64,000 nucleotides of DNA from positions 1-64,000 of the IMG/VR virus record IMGVR_UViG_3300033518_000398. One strand, given 5' to 3'. The notes under the pieces were generated by a model. The model was not told the origin of the DNA. It saw nothing but the letters and a program-made list of their open reading frames with translations, and searched no databases. The position numbers were made by a program, and so were the translations under genes. The stretch's first letter is position 1; each line of letters starts with the position of its first letter. Shown here piece by piece: positions 9,157-20,470 of this stretch. The stretch comes from a virus (taxonomy: Duplodnaviria > Caudoviricetes).

Positions 9157-10857
9157 TTACTGTAAGTCACCAATTCCAAAAGTCTGAAGACCATCACAAT
9201 AGATTCTACCATAGTAACGATTCAATACCATTTTCTTTGCATAACGTGTCATGATACCACGAATCGGTGTGAAGTCAAATGGGTTGTACATTACCGGCGT
9301 TAATTGCATAGGTACGTAAGGAGCGTAAATGTAGCCGGTCTCAAGGATACTTGTACCTTTATGTCCAATTAACACTGTGTTAGCTGGTGAATAAGGGTCA
9401 CGATATACTTGATAACGTCCACTAAGAGTACCGATTTTTTCAATACCCATGTTATACTTATCCTGTTCAGGACTTGCATTACTTACGTGGAAATATTCAA
9501 GGTCATCAAATACTGCAGATACTTCAGGAGATACAACTACCCATGATGCACCACCACGAAGAGTTGCTTTGTGAATCTGTGCTGAAATCTGGTTGATTTT
9601 TGTAATCAAAGTCTGATTCCAGTCTTTCTGTGTACCGTAGTATGTGTTAGATTGTCTACGAAGACCATTATAGTCCCAACGAGCAGTCCAAGCAGCACCT
9701 CTACGTAAGTCACGAAGAATTTCACGGTCAATTTCAGCAGCCATTTGTTCTGAAAGAAGAGCTGTTAACTCAGCTTCAGCATCAATGTTATGGAACGCTG
9801 ATACGTCCTGTGCTAATTCAGGTGTCCACATAGCACGCATTTTACGTGTTTCAACAGAAACAGTAACTTGGTCTAACTGGAAGGTAACTTCAGCCATTTG
9901 TGAATCTTCTTCCATGTCAGAGTAAACTCTGTAGCTTGCAGTAAAAGTAGCACCACTTGTAACAGCACTCATTGCTTGGTAACCATTAGTTCCAGCATAT
10001 TGTACGTCAACTATAAGAACGATTTCTCCAGCTTTGTTAACAATTGCTTGTCCGTATTTCTGAACCTTTACGTTGAAAGGAAGTGAAGTACCAGCAGGAA
10101 CACTTTGGTCAGTAAAACCAGCAGGAGCACTGAAAGCCTCATTAGCAGTAATTTTTAAACCAGCAAGGAATGTTTCTGTATCGATTGGCATACCTGCAGG
10201 ACCTAATAATTTACCGTCATTGCTTGCAGAAAATCCACCTAAAGTAACAGTAATGAATTTATCAACACCATTAACCCAAGTAGAAGCAGTTGTAGCACCA
10301 GTTTTAGGTGTGATGTTACCCCTTGAACGGTCAAATAATGAATCACCTTCTTCACCATATTTAGTAGCGTAGAATGAATCATATAATGAACGAGTTTCCC
10401 ACTGTGTTCTTGAGTCAAGGTCTTTAGTTGCTGCATTTCCATATGCTCCATCTGGAGATGTGTGCATACCAGTACCACCATCGGTAGGTATATTTGAAGC
10501 TGCCATGTTATCAACTACTCTAACACTTGTTTTAGGGTTGATGTAGTACAATTTACCAATAGGTAAGTTAAGTGCTTGTACAGACACGATGTCGTTTGCG
10601 AGTAATTTTGCGAATACTCTACGGATTACAGGGAATGCAACTGTTTCGAATTGACCACTGTTTGATGAATCTGAAGACTCATTAATCATGTGAGACAACT
10701 GATTTTCGAATAACTGAGCACAGTTTTCTTTTACGTTACCTTCTAATCCTTCTAACAAACCAATTTTTTGCCAACGGTTTGTAGTTATTTCTCTTTGTTC
10801 ACGGAGTTGTTTTAAACCAATGTTACCAACTTCCGCACTTTCCATTAAAAATCCCAT
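9157..10857 (-). CDS. Major capsid protein (T4 gp23-like)
   Basis: RRVFAKLLANDIVSVQ, ETRKMRAMWTPELAQD, IDAEAELTALLSEQMAAEIDREI, GYIYAPYVP, GIMTRYA. Confidence 0.95.
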   Translation of the reverse strand: MGFLMESAEVGNIGLKQLREQREITTNRWQKIGLLEGLEGNVKENCAQLFENQLSHMINESSDSSNSGQFETVAFPVIRRVFAKLLANDIVSVQALNLPIGKLYYINPKTSVRVVDNMAASNIPTDGGTGMHTSPDGAYGNAATKDLDSRTQWETRSLYDSFYATKYGEEGDSLFDRSRGNITPKTGATTASTWVNGVDKFITVTLGGFSASNDGKLLGPAGMPIDTETFLAGLKITANEAFSAPAGFTDQSVPAGTSLPFNVKVQKYGQAIVNKAGEIVLIVDVQYAGTNGYQAMSAVTSGATFTASYRVYSDMEEDSQMAEVTFQLDQVTVSVETRKMRAMWTPELAQDVSAFHNIDAEAELTALLSEQMAAEIDREILRDLRRGAAWTARWDYNGLRRQSNTYYGTQKDWNQTLITKINQISAQIHKATLRGGASWVVVSPEVSAVFDDLEYFHVSNASPEQDKYNMGIEKIGTLSGRYQVYRDPYSPANTVLIGHKGTSILETGYIYAPYVPMQLTPVMYNPFDFTPIRGIMTRYAKKMVLNRYYGRIYCDGLQTFGIGDLQ

Positions 10858-10876
10858 ATTTGTATGTTTTTAATTT

Positions 10877-12445
10877 TTATAAATTATTTTTTTTGCTTCT
10901 ATTTTCTACGTATTCGATTAAGCTTCTCATTTTTTGGATATGCTTATCGTTTGCGTAGGCTGTTTTTTCGACTACTTCGTCAAGTTTTTGCTTTGAAGAT
11001 GGTTGTATTGAAGCACTTACTTTACCTTCAATGCCTTCAGTTAAGGTTTTTTTACTTCCTTTCATTTCTGTTAGGAATGATTTATACCTTTTCTGTGACT
11101 CGGCAATGCTATCAACTTTTTTAAATTCGTTGATAATTTTAATTTTATCATCTTGGGTCAATGCCAAGCTTTCGTTTACCAAAAGGTTATTTACATGCGC
11201 TAAGTTGGTATTGAAAACTGCCATTTCCTTTAATTGATTGCGATACTTTTCGAGTGCAGATTTATAGTTTTCTACTAATGTGCTTACAGATTCTTTGAAT
11301 TTTTTAGTCTCGTTTAATTTCTTTGTCAATTTCTTGTTCTCTTCGATTAAACCACTAATTTTTTTCTTAGATTCATCTACACCTTGACGGAATCTACCAC
11401 GGCTGCCATCGTTGTTACCTAATTTACCGGGGGTGATAGTACCTGATGAGAATGAAACACCGTGTGCTTCATCAACAGGAACTTCTTCTTCTGGTGCTGC
11501 ACCTAATACTGCATCAATGTCTTCATCAGAAATCATTTCTTCTCCTTCAGCCATTGTTTCAGCACTTTGAAATTCGTCTGGACTCATTTCGTCTGGTTGT
11601 AATGCCATTTCTGACATTTCTGGTTGTGCTTCACCACCCATACCTTTTAACATTTCATCAATTTGATTTCTCATGTTAACAAGTTGACTGAATGCATCAC
11701 CACCTTGACCAGTAGCTGCTCCACGAGGTTGACCTGCTGGACGTGGTAAACTACCCATATCTGAGAGTTCTTCACCTAATCCCTGCATTTGTGAGATTTC
11801 TGCTTCGATTTCATCGATAGTAATTATCTCATCATCTTCCTCTGCGCCATCCATTGCTGAACCTACACTACTCATATCAAGTTCTGATATATCAAATTCT
11901 TCTTTTATATTTGGAAGTGGTTTGCCAGAAGTCGGTCCTTTGAGTTTTTCTTTAAAAGCAATACCTTTTGCAAGTTCGCCTTTACCTTGATTTGGAGTTT
12001 CTCCCTCCACATCGCCCATAAACTCTTTTTCACGTTCTTCTTCGATTTTAACCTTACTTTTTTCTTTATAAGGGTCACTCTTACCAACAGTGTCAGTAAT
12101 TTTTACATCTTCTTTCACGCCAGCTACTTTTGGTGCTGGTTTTTCGAAAGGTTTACCTTTTCCAACTGTTTCTACAACCTTCTTGGTCTCTTTTGTTTGA
12201 TTCTTCATATCAGATTCTTTTTTATCTTCAGTTTCGTCTTCTTCAGACTCTTCAACTTTATCCAATTTTTTGTAGGATTCTTTCGCTGATTTATTTTTAT
12301 TTATTTCTTCTTTTAATATATTGTTGAATTCCTTTGGGAATTCTTCAGCTAATTTTTTCTTAGCATTAGCTTCCGCAGCTTCTTTGATTGTATTATAATC
12401 TGTCAAAGCTTCCTTAATTATCGATGATTTATTATCGTTTGCCAT
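10877..12445 (-). CDS. Prohead core/scaffolding protein (gp22-like)
   Basis: Acidic coiled-coil protein between protease and capsid genes; many L/I-x-E sites. Confidence 0.75.
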   Translation of the reverse strand: MANDNKSSIIKEALTDYNTIKEAAEANAKKKLAEEFPKEFNNILKEEINKNKSAKESYKKLDKVEESEEDETEDKKESDMKNQTKETKKVVETVGKGKPFEKPAPKVAGVKEDVKITDTVGKSDPYKEKSKVKIEEEREKEFMGDVEGETPNQGKGELAKGIAFKEKLKGPTSGKPLPNIKEEFDISELDMSSVGSAMDGAEEDDEIITIDEIEAEISQMQGLGEELSDMGSLPRPAGQPRGAATGQGGDAFSQLVNMRNQIDEMLKGMGGEAQPEMSEMALQPDEMSPDEFQSAETMAEGEEMISDEDIDAVLGAAPEEEVPVDEAHGVSFSSGTITPGKLGNNDGSRGRFRQGVDESKKKISGLIEENKKLTKKLNETKKFKESVSTLVENYKSALEKYRNQLKEMAVFNTNLAHVNNLLVNESLALTQDDKIKIINEFKKVDSIAESQKRYKSFLTEMKGSKKTLTEGIEGKVSASIQPSSKQKLDEVVEKTAYANDKHIQKMRSLIEYVENRSKKNNL

Positions 12446-12565
12446 TTTTTAAATTGTCGTATCTAATACTATAATTTTTATATAAATACATAATCTTTGT
12501 GAAAAAGTATATTTTTTAATAAAATTGTTGCTTTCCACGATTATTATATTTATATTATACCATTC

Positions 12566-14494
12566 TTATAAAAGAAACTTATTAGTTGCATTTATTATTT
12601 TAGTTTCATCTTCTTTAAGATAAATACCGTTCTTATTAACATAAGTCTCACCGAACCCAATATTTTTAGTATCACCTTTACCGAGTGGGAATAGGTATGC
12701 TCCCGGGGTGCTTGGCGTTGCAACTAAGTCAAAACCAATAAGTTCGAAGTCATTTTGAACCAGATTCTCACCATTAACTTCTTTAAGTGTTCCAACACCA
12801 CGACTTGAAATTCCAAGCTTGATTTTATTTTGTAGATAAAGTACAATTTTATCGCCCACTACTGAAACAACACCATATTTAATATAACCCGGGCTGACAA
12901 TTAACTTTAATTGTCCATATAAAACATTTTCATGTTCACCTTCTCCCCACCACATTTTTGTTATCATGTGGGAGATATTTTGTAATGAAATTATACTTGA
13001 ATTACCAGTCCAATGTGATTTTCCATTTACCTTGATTAGAAAATTACTGTTTGCCACTCTAACACATGCAATATCACCATCAAAATCAATTTCACTTATA
13101 TTAATGCTTCTTTTATCCAACCAAATATTTTTAGTTTTCGATATATTTAGATTATATTGTAAATGACTATTTTCTTTTTTCACTAATCTTGGTGTTTTAA
13201 TTTCTTCTGAAACATATTCGATTGTTCCGTCAGATAAAACACGTTCATTTTTTATTATTTTATAATCATTTAAATATCTATCTTTGGGTTGATATGTTGT
13301 TATATTTCCACTACCACCAATTTTAATTAATATTTCATGTAGGTCATTAATTAGTTGTTCTGAAATTGTAAATACAGATTCTTTATTTGACCAACCATGT
13401 TTTTTCGACTTAATACTTCTTCCATCACCAAGCATAAACCAATCAAAAAATATTTTTAATAAGTCTGGGGATGCTTGCTTAAAAGTTGTTGGAATATATT
13501 TATTATATGAATATCCTAATAAATATAAATAGTTATAAAGTCTTGCATCATTAATGTGATATTGACATTTTCCCTTTTCATCTTCAATAATCCAATAATC
13601 AAATGGCATTCGATTTAATAATTCAACAATTTTCTTTTTTATTTCAGGTTTTACTTGAGTAATAACAACACTATATCCATTAGATTTATATTGATTACTT
13701 TTTGCACCAGTCGAATGTCCCTCAGATAAATAAATTCCCATAAATGCAAACCAATCTTCAGATTTAATGTTAATTGGTTGTGTGTATTTATCAATTAAAT
13801 CGTGTTTTAGATTAAAACTTAATTCCGTTTTATCTACGCCATTTAATGTAACGTATTCTGTGTATGTACCAATCCAATTTCCAGTTTTTAATATTTTAAA
13901 TTGACCTGAAGATAAAATGTTATTATTATTTTCATAAATATCTTTAGCAAACACATATTGTCTTTTACCATTTTTATGTTCAAGTAAAAATCTATGATTA
14001 CCTGTTACAGTCAAATCAATATTTTGTCCAGAAAATTTATACATTTTACCTTTATATGGTAAATATATTTTTTTCTCAATTTTTTGTATTTCAATTTGAT
14101 TGGTGTTTGTGTTTATTGTTAATATTTCTTCTTCATCTGAAATATCTTTAAACCACTTCCACCCATCTTTTGTACATATCATTGATTCTGAGGCATTTAC
14201 ACAATCTGGATGGTCTGCTTCAGATACTGCACTATTTGTATCAACTAATTGTCTGTAAATATCGACCTGTGGAATAAGTACGTCTTTTGGATATATTCTA
14301 CCGTTTTTATTTTTTACACCCCATTTTTGTAAAATACAATTAATTAAAACAGGTTCATTGGGTTTTAGTTCAAATCCTTCATTAATGATTGACGGATTTA
14401 ATTCGCTATTGATATATCCAGCATCATTCTCGATTAAAATCATTTTCTCGTTGAATCGATTTTCTGTAAATTTATTTATTCTATATATTTCCAT
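12566..14494 (-). CDS. Prohead protease (T4 gp21-like) with intein; start uncertain (14494 or 14443)
   Basis: KNKNGRIYP, SEADHP, LGISSRGVG (catalytic Ser), FDLVATPSTPGAY. Confidence 0.9.
   Translation of the reverse strand: MEIYRINKFTENRFNEKMILIENDAGYINSELNPSIINEGFELKPNEPVLINCILQKWGVKNKNGRIYPKDVLIPQVDIYRQLVDTNSAVSEADHPDCVNASESMICTKDGWKWFKDISDEEEILTINTNTNQIEIQKIEKKIYLPYKGKMYKFSGQNIDLTVTGNHRFLLEHKNGKRQYVFAKDIYENNNNILSSGQFKILKTGNWIGTYTEYVTLNGVDKTELSFNLKHDLIDKYTQPINIKSEDWFAFMGIYLSEGHSTGAKSNQYKSNGYSVVITQVKPEIKKKIVELLNRMPFDYWIIEDEKGKCQYHINDARLYNYLYLLGYSYNKYIPTTFKQASPDLLKIFFDWFMLGDGRSIKSKKHGWSNKESVFTISEQLINDLHEILIKIGGSGNITTYQPKDRYLNDYKIIKNERVLSDGTIEYVSEEIKTPRLVKKENSHLQYNLNISKTKNIWLDKRSINISEIDFDGDIACVRVANSNFLIKVNGKSHWTGNSSIISLQNISHMITKMWWGEGEHENVLYGQLKLIVSPGYIKYGVVSVVGDKIVLYLQNKIKLGISSRGVGTLKEVNGENLVQNDFELIGFDLVATPSTPGAYLFPLGKGDTKNIGFGETYVNKNGIYLKEDETKIINATNKFLL
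13001..14203 (-). mobile_element. Intein of about 401 aa with LAGLIDADG-type endonuclease in the prohead protease
   Basis: Starts CVNASESMIC after EADHPD; ends SHWTGN followed by Ser+1; GIYLSEG and MLGDG motifs. Confidence 0.88.
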
Positions 14495-14693
14495 GTATAT
14501 AAATAGTTTCAATTCCTATTTTATTTGTATGTAAGTTTCGGGTTGTTTAGATGCCACAACATTATCTCGACCATCACCAATATTTTCGAGAAATATATAG
14601 GTTTCAATTCTTTTTAAAATCTCATCGAGTTGTAAATTAACTTCATTGAGTTTATCTAATTTTTTTGACATATCATAAACATTTGAATATTAA

Positions 14694-15119
14694 TTATTTT
14701 TCTGATTTAGCTTCAACCTTTTGTTGAATCTCTTCGAGTTTTTCTAATATTTTCTCAGATTCAAGTCTTCCGATTTTATCACTTAAATCCAATAGTGTTG
14801 AAACACCAGTTAAAACACGTAGAGTTTCTTTTTCGCTCTCCATCCATTGACGACCACGTTCTTCTTCTCTGCTTAACATTTCAATTCTAATTTTTTCCAG
14901 TGTATCAGCATGTTCTTTTCTTATTGTGTCGATTCTTGCCACATTTTGTTGTTGTTGTAATATTGCTTCAGCACCTCTTCTTTTCATTGCATTCATTGTA
15001 ATACCAATAACAAATGAAAATATGAGAAACACTATAATAAACAGATAAAAGAAAACATTATCCCATATGGGGTGCACATGTGAAGGTATTTGTAAAAATA
15101 TTGACAATAGTTGCATCAT
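14694..15119 (-). CDS. Single-pass membrane protein with coiled coil (holin-like candidate)
   Basis: TM segment VFFYLFIIVFLIFSFVIGI; divergent from the lysozyme-bearing gene. Confidence 0.5.
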   Translation of the reverse strand: MMQLLSIFLQIPSHVHPIWDNVFFYLFIIVFLIFSFVIGITMNAMKRRGAEAILQQQQNVARIDTIRKEHADTLEKIRIEMLSREEERGRQWMESEKETLRVLTGVSTLLDLSDKIGRLESEKILEKLEEIQQKVEAKSEK

Positions 15120-15213
15120 AATTTGCTTTTAAATAAATAGTCAAAAAAACATCAATTGATTGCATATTAATTAAGTTTTTTATAACTTTGTATTTATAAT
15201 AAAATTTATTCAC

Positions 15214-18200
15214 ATGCATCCTAAAATTAAATATATTGAAGACCCCAATGCGGTTAACCTTAGAAATCAGCATGGAGAAAATACTATTACAAATGCCGTT
15301 GCTAATTATCAGGATATGAATATATTTGCAGAATTGACTGCAAGTAGAAGAGGAAGAAGTGTGATTGTGACTGGAGAAGGAATGCAAAAAACTGGCACTG
15401 AAAAAACACTGAAAGTTAATTTTATTGGAAATAATCAGAATAAAAACAATTATGGTGACGATAATGACATTAATAATCCCAATTATTTAAATTTTACAAC
15501 TAACTATTATGATGGTAGTACCCCTGATAATCAAATACAATATGAATCTTTTGGTATAACAAGTATTAAAGTGGTAATAAATTCATCATATGTACCACAA
15601 GTTAATATTCAATTCGTTGATATTAGAGGCTTGTCGTTTTTTAATCAAGAAAATTCACCATATAGAATATTGTTTGACTTTCCACCACCAATTTTTAATT
15701 TAAAAATTAAAGGATATTATGGAAAACCTTTGGAATATAACTTACATTTGGTTAAATATACTACGGAATTTAAAGCAGAAAATGGTAATTTTGTGATTGA
15801 TGCGCAATTTGTTGCACTCACCTTTGCACCGTTAAGTGATGTGTTGTTCAGATACGTCATTAATTTTCCATTGATGATTGATGGTATTTCAAATCCAGAA
15901 CCGAATCAACCACCAAAAAATACTAATGAATTAATATTGAAAATAAAATCACTATATTCATCTGGTAATACGCCAATTGATACAGATATTGAAAATCAGG
16001 AATTTAAAAATGTTTCAGCAACATTAACTACGATTCAAGATGCAATAATAACGCTTTCTGGATTTAAAAATATTTTGGATGGTAATTCCTATGCTTTTGT
16101 TAATGACATAACCGAAAATGATTTACCTAAAATCACTCAATTAGCAAACAACAATATATATGGATATAATGAATATATAAAATCAATGACAAATCTGGAT
16201 AAACCTGAGACGATTAATCAGAGATTATGTATTGGATATATTGGTAATGGGAGTGATAAAAACACCATATATGAAAAATTATCTGATTATAGAACAACAA
16301 AATTGCTAATAACAACAATTAAAATCAATGGAGGAATTATTGATACTGATGTATCTGAGCCACAAACGATTTATAATTATTATAATCTAAGTACGAAAAA
16401 AACAAATATTAGTGGTACAAATCCATTGGCTGAATTTAAAACCACTTATTATATTATAGACATAACAAATTATTATGTTAAATTATATAAGAATAAAAAA
16501 ATTGCCGAAGATACTAAACAAAGATTGGGTGAAAGCATGGCACTTAAAATCAACAATAATGTTGAAAGTATACTTGGCATGAAACCAACAATATATAATA
16601 TTTTTAAATTAATTTTAGATGATGTTGATACATTTTTTAAAATATTAAGAGATACATCTAAAGCAGCATATGACCATCATAATAAACAGGGTATTAAGGA
16701 GGTTATTTTAAATAATAACTTAAAGGATTCTGGTGATGAAAATGTTGAAATATTCGAATTTCCACTACTCATTAAAAATGTAACTGAGGGGTGTTCGGTT
16801 ACAGAAGTAAAAGCATCACCAATGGAATTAAATAGTTTATTGCCATCAGACCCATTCCCTGAACTAAAATTAATTGAAAATTTCATTACGACATTTTCTA
16901 ACCAAAAAATACAAACAGAACAATATCTCGCAAAAGCTAATGAAAATGAGGATGGTGAGAAAAGATGGATTCCAATATCACCAATAGATTCTACATTGGC
17001 TGGAATTGATGGTATTGCAACACCATATTTAGGTCGCAGTAATTTAAGTGAAATGTTTAATGTTTTTTTAAAAAGATTTTATATACTAACACAAAGTTCA
17101 CTTCCCATAAATTTTTATAAGAGTTATGATGACATTAAAGATACATATGTTGAATTATATTCTAAATCAGAAGCATTGAATTTAACAATGTCATTATTGG
17201 GCAACGAAAAATTAATTATGAGCGTTCAAGAAGCTGCTAAAAAATATAGTCAAAATATTGACGATTTTTACACATTTCTTGATACTAATGTTACTGAACA
17301 ATATGCATTCACATCTGGAAATCCAATTGTAATTGATAATTCATATATCGATAAGGAAAACCCAAACTATATTGGTTTAAATATATATCGTGAAGAAATT
17401 AGTACACAATCAACAGATGTTGAATCTGGTGATGGTCTTATTGATAAATTCACCAATGAAATTCAAAAAAACATATTTCAAACATTATTTGCTAAAGATA
17501 TTCCAAATGAATCATATTTATTTACTGATGATAATATTTTATATATCAAAGATACTTTTGTTAGAAAAAATGAGGAAAAATCAAATAAATTGGCTGACTA
17601 TCAAGGCATTCCACTTGAAACAAGATTTTTGTGTGATTTAAATCAAATTTATTCTGATAATACATTTCTGTTTAATAAGAGTAGAATTATATTTTATAGT
17701 CAAGCAGAATTATTTGGGGGGGTGGTTACTAATAAATTTCATCTACTTTCGGATGACACAATCAAAGACAAAGAATCGTTCTTAAAGGAAGAAATACCAC
17801 TAAATGGAAATCATGCGATAAAAATTGATGTTGGTGGTGCAGTTAAATTAAGGAATTTTCAAAATATTATTGATGTATGGGTTGATGTATTATCCAAAAA
17901 TGATGTTGCTATTTATAATGATGTAATTTCACCTAATGCAAGTGACGTACTATTTATTTCAACAATAATTTTATCCAATTTCGGATATACGTTAGGACCT
18001 TACAATAATTATCCAAATTATTTGCAAATGGGAGTTTTTTTAAATCCAGCTGCAATTCAAGTGCCATTATATCTTCCAGCGTATATTGGTGCACTTGTTG
18101 ATGCAGATACTAATGGATTAAAAGAAAAATTGGAAAATTTTTATCTCACTGGTGGTGGTAAAGATATAAATAGTTGTGGTGTTTTCACTCTTGCCGATAT

Positions 18201-20436
18201 TAAAGATATTAATACTCATATGTCAGATAAAGATAAAGAAAAATTTTATGTGGATTATGACTCATTTATGACAGATGGAACTTTTGCGAAAATTAAAAAG
18301 GGTATTCAAGATTTATATAATCGTGTTCAAAGTGAAAATCCAAAAGATGAAGATGAACGAAAAAAATTATATAAGAAATATCTTGAACCGGATGGTGATA
18401 CATATTTCACATCAATATTAGCTGGATTAATGCGTAAATTAACTATTGTTTGTTTCAGTCAAAGCACATTCAGTAATGAAATAACTCCCACTCAATATAG
18501 TAGTTTAAAAAGTATTCGTGATAGTGATGAAGAATCAAACAAAAGAAAACAAGAAATAAATGATACGTTTTTTAAGTCATTTTTTATTTCAGTAGATTTA
18601 AATATTGAAACAAAAAACGAAAAACAAAAAGAAATTGAAGAAGAAAATAAAAAATTATTGGGTGATGATGATATTATTACCCAATTATATTATTCTTTCA
18701 AAAATACTAATGATAAATGGTTGTGTAATCCAATAAGTGAACCATTAGAAGGTGGATATCCATTTAATGGCGAAAAGGACTTAATTGATTCATTTGTGTT
18801 CGTGGATAGAGTAATGAGACCAATTGGTAATACCAATATAAATCCAGAAATATTGTTGGATTTGTTTGAAGATACAAACATTTCTGTTTTTAGTGTATTG
18901 TCACAATTATTGTCATTAAATGGATTTCTATTTTTTCCGCTTCAAAATTTTATTGTACATAGTGATGAGAGTTGGGAAGATTCATTTAAAATGAACCCTA
19001 ATATGGACACCACCCAACAAGAAGCATTTGTGTGTTTATATGCAGGTGGTTCATCGAGCTATCCAAATAACCTAAAAAATGGTTTTCAGGATGATGGAAT
19101 TGTTGATATTGCAACAACAGATGCAATTGATTTTAATACTGGTTGCGATGATTATGATAACTATGATGATGAAAACGATAAACAAATTAAACGTAATTCG
19201 GAATATAATAAGAGTATTTTTAATAAGGTAAGAGCATTTAGAGTAATGTTTGGTCAACAAAATCAATCAATGTTTACTGATATAAAAATTGATAGTAAGG
19301 AATATCCAGAAACAAGCGAATCACTTAAGATTCTTTCGAGATTGGCTGGTGATGGAGCACAATCACCACCAACACCAAAAGGTCAAAACCTATATAATTT
19401 ATATGAAAATCGTGCGTATGGTGCAACAATTACTGGACTTGGTAACGCTATGATTCAACCTACGCAATATTTTCAATTAGATAATGTTCCGCTTTTTAAT
19501 GGTGCATATCTTATAACAGGTGTTGAACATAACATGACTGCAAATAAAATGGAAACTAATTTCACTGGTACTAAAATTTTAAAATATCCGATACCAAGAG
19601 TAACAACCCCTGCTGCATCAATGAAATTACTTGGTGATTTTGGTCAATATGTAAAACCAGATTCTAATCTAACAACACCTGCAACTGAAGCAACAATGAT
19701 AACCGATGATAGATTGAATGAATTAAATACTGTTCTTGGTGTAGACGTATCTAATTATCAAAGAAATGTTGATTGGAACAAGGCAGTAAAATCTGGAGTT
19801 AAATTTGCATTCATTAAGGTTACTGAGGGTACTTGGTTCTATGATGAAAATTCTGCCAATTATGAACTTCTTGGAAACATTAATAGAGCAATTGGTAATG
19901 GTGTTAAGATTGGTTATTACCACTTTGCAAGACCCGGGTCTTCAACCGACCCAGCAGCAGATGCAACTGAGGAAGCAAATTGGTTCTTATCTAAAGTAGA
20001 ATTACTACCCAAACCAAGCTTTCCGCTTGTATTAGATGTTGAATCATTTATTGATAAAGCATATGAAACTAAAAGAAAACCTGTTGCTTGGACAAATCGA
20101 AAAGCAAGTATGCCAATATATATAAGAACATTTATTGATGTTTTAAAAGATGGTGGGTATGATACGATAATATATTCGTATTCAGACTTTTTAAATAGTA
20201 ATGGTGTTACTGATTTCAGTAAATATCCATTGTGGTTAGCTAACTACATGAATATTCGAAAAGGAATTAATCCAGAAACACATTTACCAAGTGTGCCAAA
20301 GGGATGGCAATCAAAATCAGATGAACATATTCCTTGGTCAACGTGGCAATTTACATCACAGGGACAAGTGGCTGGTATTAGTGGTCGTGTTGATATGAAT
20401 GTTATGAAAAAGGATTTTTTTGATAATTATGTTTAG
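15214..20436 (+). CDS. Large baseplate-hub-like virion protein with C-terminal GH25 muramidase
   Basis: C-terminus GVDVSNYQ..VDW..KFAFIKVTEG..GYYHF..LDVE..WQFTSQG; N-terminus has hub-like VNIQFVDIRG/FFDFPPP; late motif at 15190. Confidence 0.75.
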   Translation: MHPKIKYIEDPNAVNLRNQHGENTITNAVANYQDMNIFAELTASRRGRSVIVTGEGMQKTGTEKTLKVNFIGNNQNKNNYGDDNDINNPNYLNFTTNYYDGSTPDNQIQYESFGITSIKVVINSSYVPQVNIQFVDIRGLSFFNQENSPYRILFDFPPPIFNLKIKGYYGKPLEYNLHLVKYTTEFKAENGNFVIDAQFVALTFAPLSDVLFRYVINFPLMIDGISNPEPNQPPKNTNELILKIKSLYSSGNTPIDTDIENQEFKNVSATLTTIQDAIITLSGFKNILDGNSYAFVNDITENDLPKITQLANNNIYGYNEYIKSMTNLDKPETINQRLCIGYIGNGSDKNTIYEKLSDYRTTKLLITTIKINGGIIDTDVSEPQTIYNYYNLSTKKTNISGTNPLAEFKTTYYIIDITNYYVKLYKNKKIAEDTKQRLGESMALKINNNVESILGMKPTIYNIFKLILDDVDTFFKILRDTSKAAYDHHNKQGIKEVILNNNLKDSGDENVEIFEFPLLIKNVTEGCSVTEVKASPMELNSLLPSDPFPELKLIENFITTFSNQKIQTEQYLAKANENEDGEKRWIPISPIDSTLAGIDGIATPYLGRSNLSEMFNVFLKRFYILTQSSLPINFYKSYDDIKDTYVELYSKSEALNLTMSLLGNEKLIMSVQEAAKKYSQNIDDFYTFLDTNVTEQYAFTSGNPIVIDNSYIDKENPNYIGLNIYREEISTQSTDVESGDGLIDKFTNEIQKNIFQTLFAKDIPNESYLFTDDNILYIKDTFVRKNEEKSNKLADYQGIPLETRFLCDLNQIYSDNTFLFNKSRIIFYSQAELFGGVVTNKFHLLSDDTIKDKESFLKEEIPLNGNHAIKIDVGGAVKLRNFQNIIDVWVDVLSKNDVAIYNDVISPNASDVLFISTIILSNFGYTLGPYNNYPNYLQMGVFLNPAAIQVPLYLPAYIGALVDADTNGLKEKLENFYLTGGGKDINSCGVFTLADIKDINTHMSDKDKEKFYVDYDSFMTDGTFAKIKKGIQDLYNRVQSENPKDEDERKKLYKKYLEPDGDTYFTSILAGLMRKLTIVCFSQSTFSNEITPTQYSSLKSIRDSDEESNKRKQEINDTFFKSFFISVDLNIETKNEKQKEIEEENKKLLGDDDIITQLYYSFKNTNDKWLCNPISEPLEGGYPFNGEKDLIDSFVFVDRVMRPIGNTNINPEILLDLFEDTNISVFSVLSQLLSLNGFLFFPLQNFIVHSDESWEDSFKMNPNMDTTQQEAFVCLYAGGSSSYPNNLKNGFQDDGIVDIATTDAIDFNTGCDDYDNYDDENDKQIKRNSEYNKSIFNKVRAFRVMFGQQNQSMFTDIKIDSKEYPETSESLKILSRLAGDGAQSPPTPKGQNLYNLYENRAYGATITGLGNAMIQPTQYFQLDNVPLFNGAYLITGVEHNMTANKMETNFTGTKILKYPIPRVTTPAASMKLLGDFGQYVKPDSNLTTPATEATMITDDRLNELNTVLGVDVSNYQRNVDWNKAVKSGVKFAFIKVTEGTWFYDENSANYELLGNINRAIGNGVKIGYYHFARPGSSTDPAADATEEANWFLSKVELLPKPSFPLVLDVESFIDKAYETKRKPVAWTNRKASMPIYIRTFIDVLKDGGYDTIIYSYSDFLNSNGVTDFSKYPLWLANYMNIRKGINPETHLPSVPKGWQSKSDEHIPWSTWQFTSQGQVAGISGRVDMNVMKKDFFDNYV

Positions 20437-20438
20437 AC

Positions 20439-20470
20439 AAAAAAGGACATCGAATTCGATGTCCTTTTTT
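20439..20470. terminator. Bidirectional terminator; perfect 32-bp palindrome
   Basis: AAAAAAGGACATCGAATTCGATGTCCTTTTTT between convergent genes. Confidence 0.9.

Noticed and set aside
10073-12327. Opposite-strand or alternate-frame ORFs inside the capsid and scaffold genes (also 21621-21955, 29751-30236, 56654-57019)
   Set aside because: Shadow ORFs arising from codon bias and low-complexity repeats of the real genes.
14694-20436. Holin-endolysin lysis cassette
   Set aside because: The GH25 domain is fused to a 1500-aa structural-type protein and the genes are divergent, so a virion lysozyme is more likely; the holin call stays tentative.
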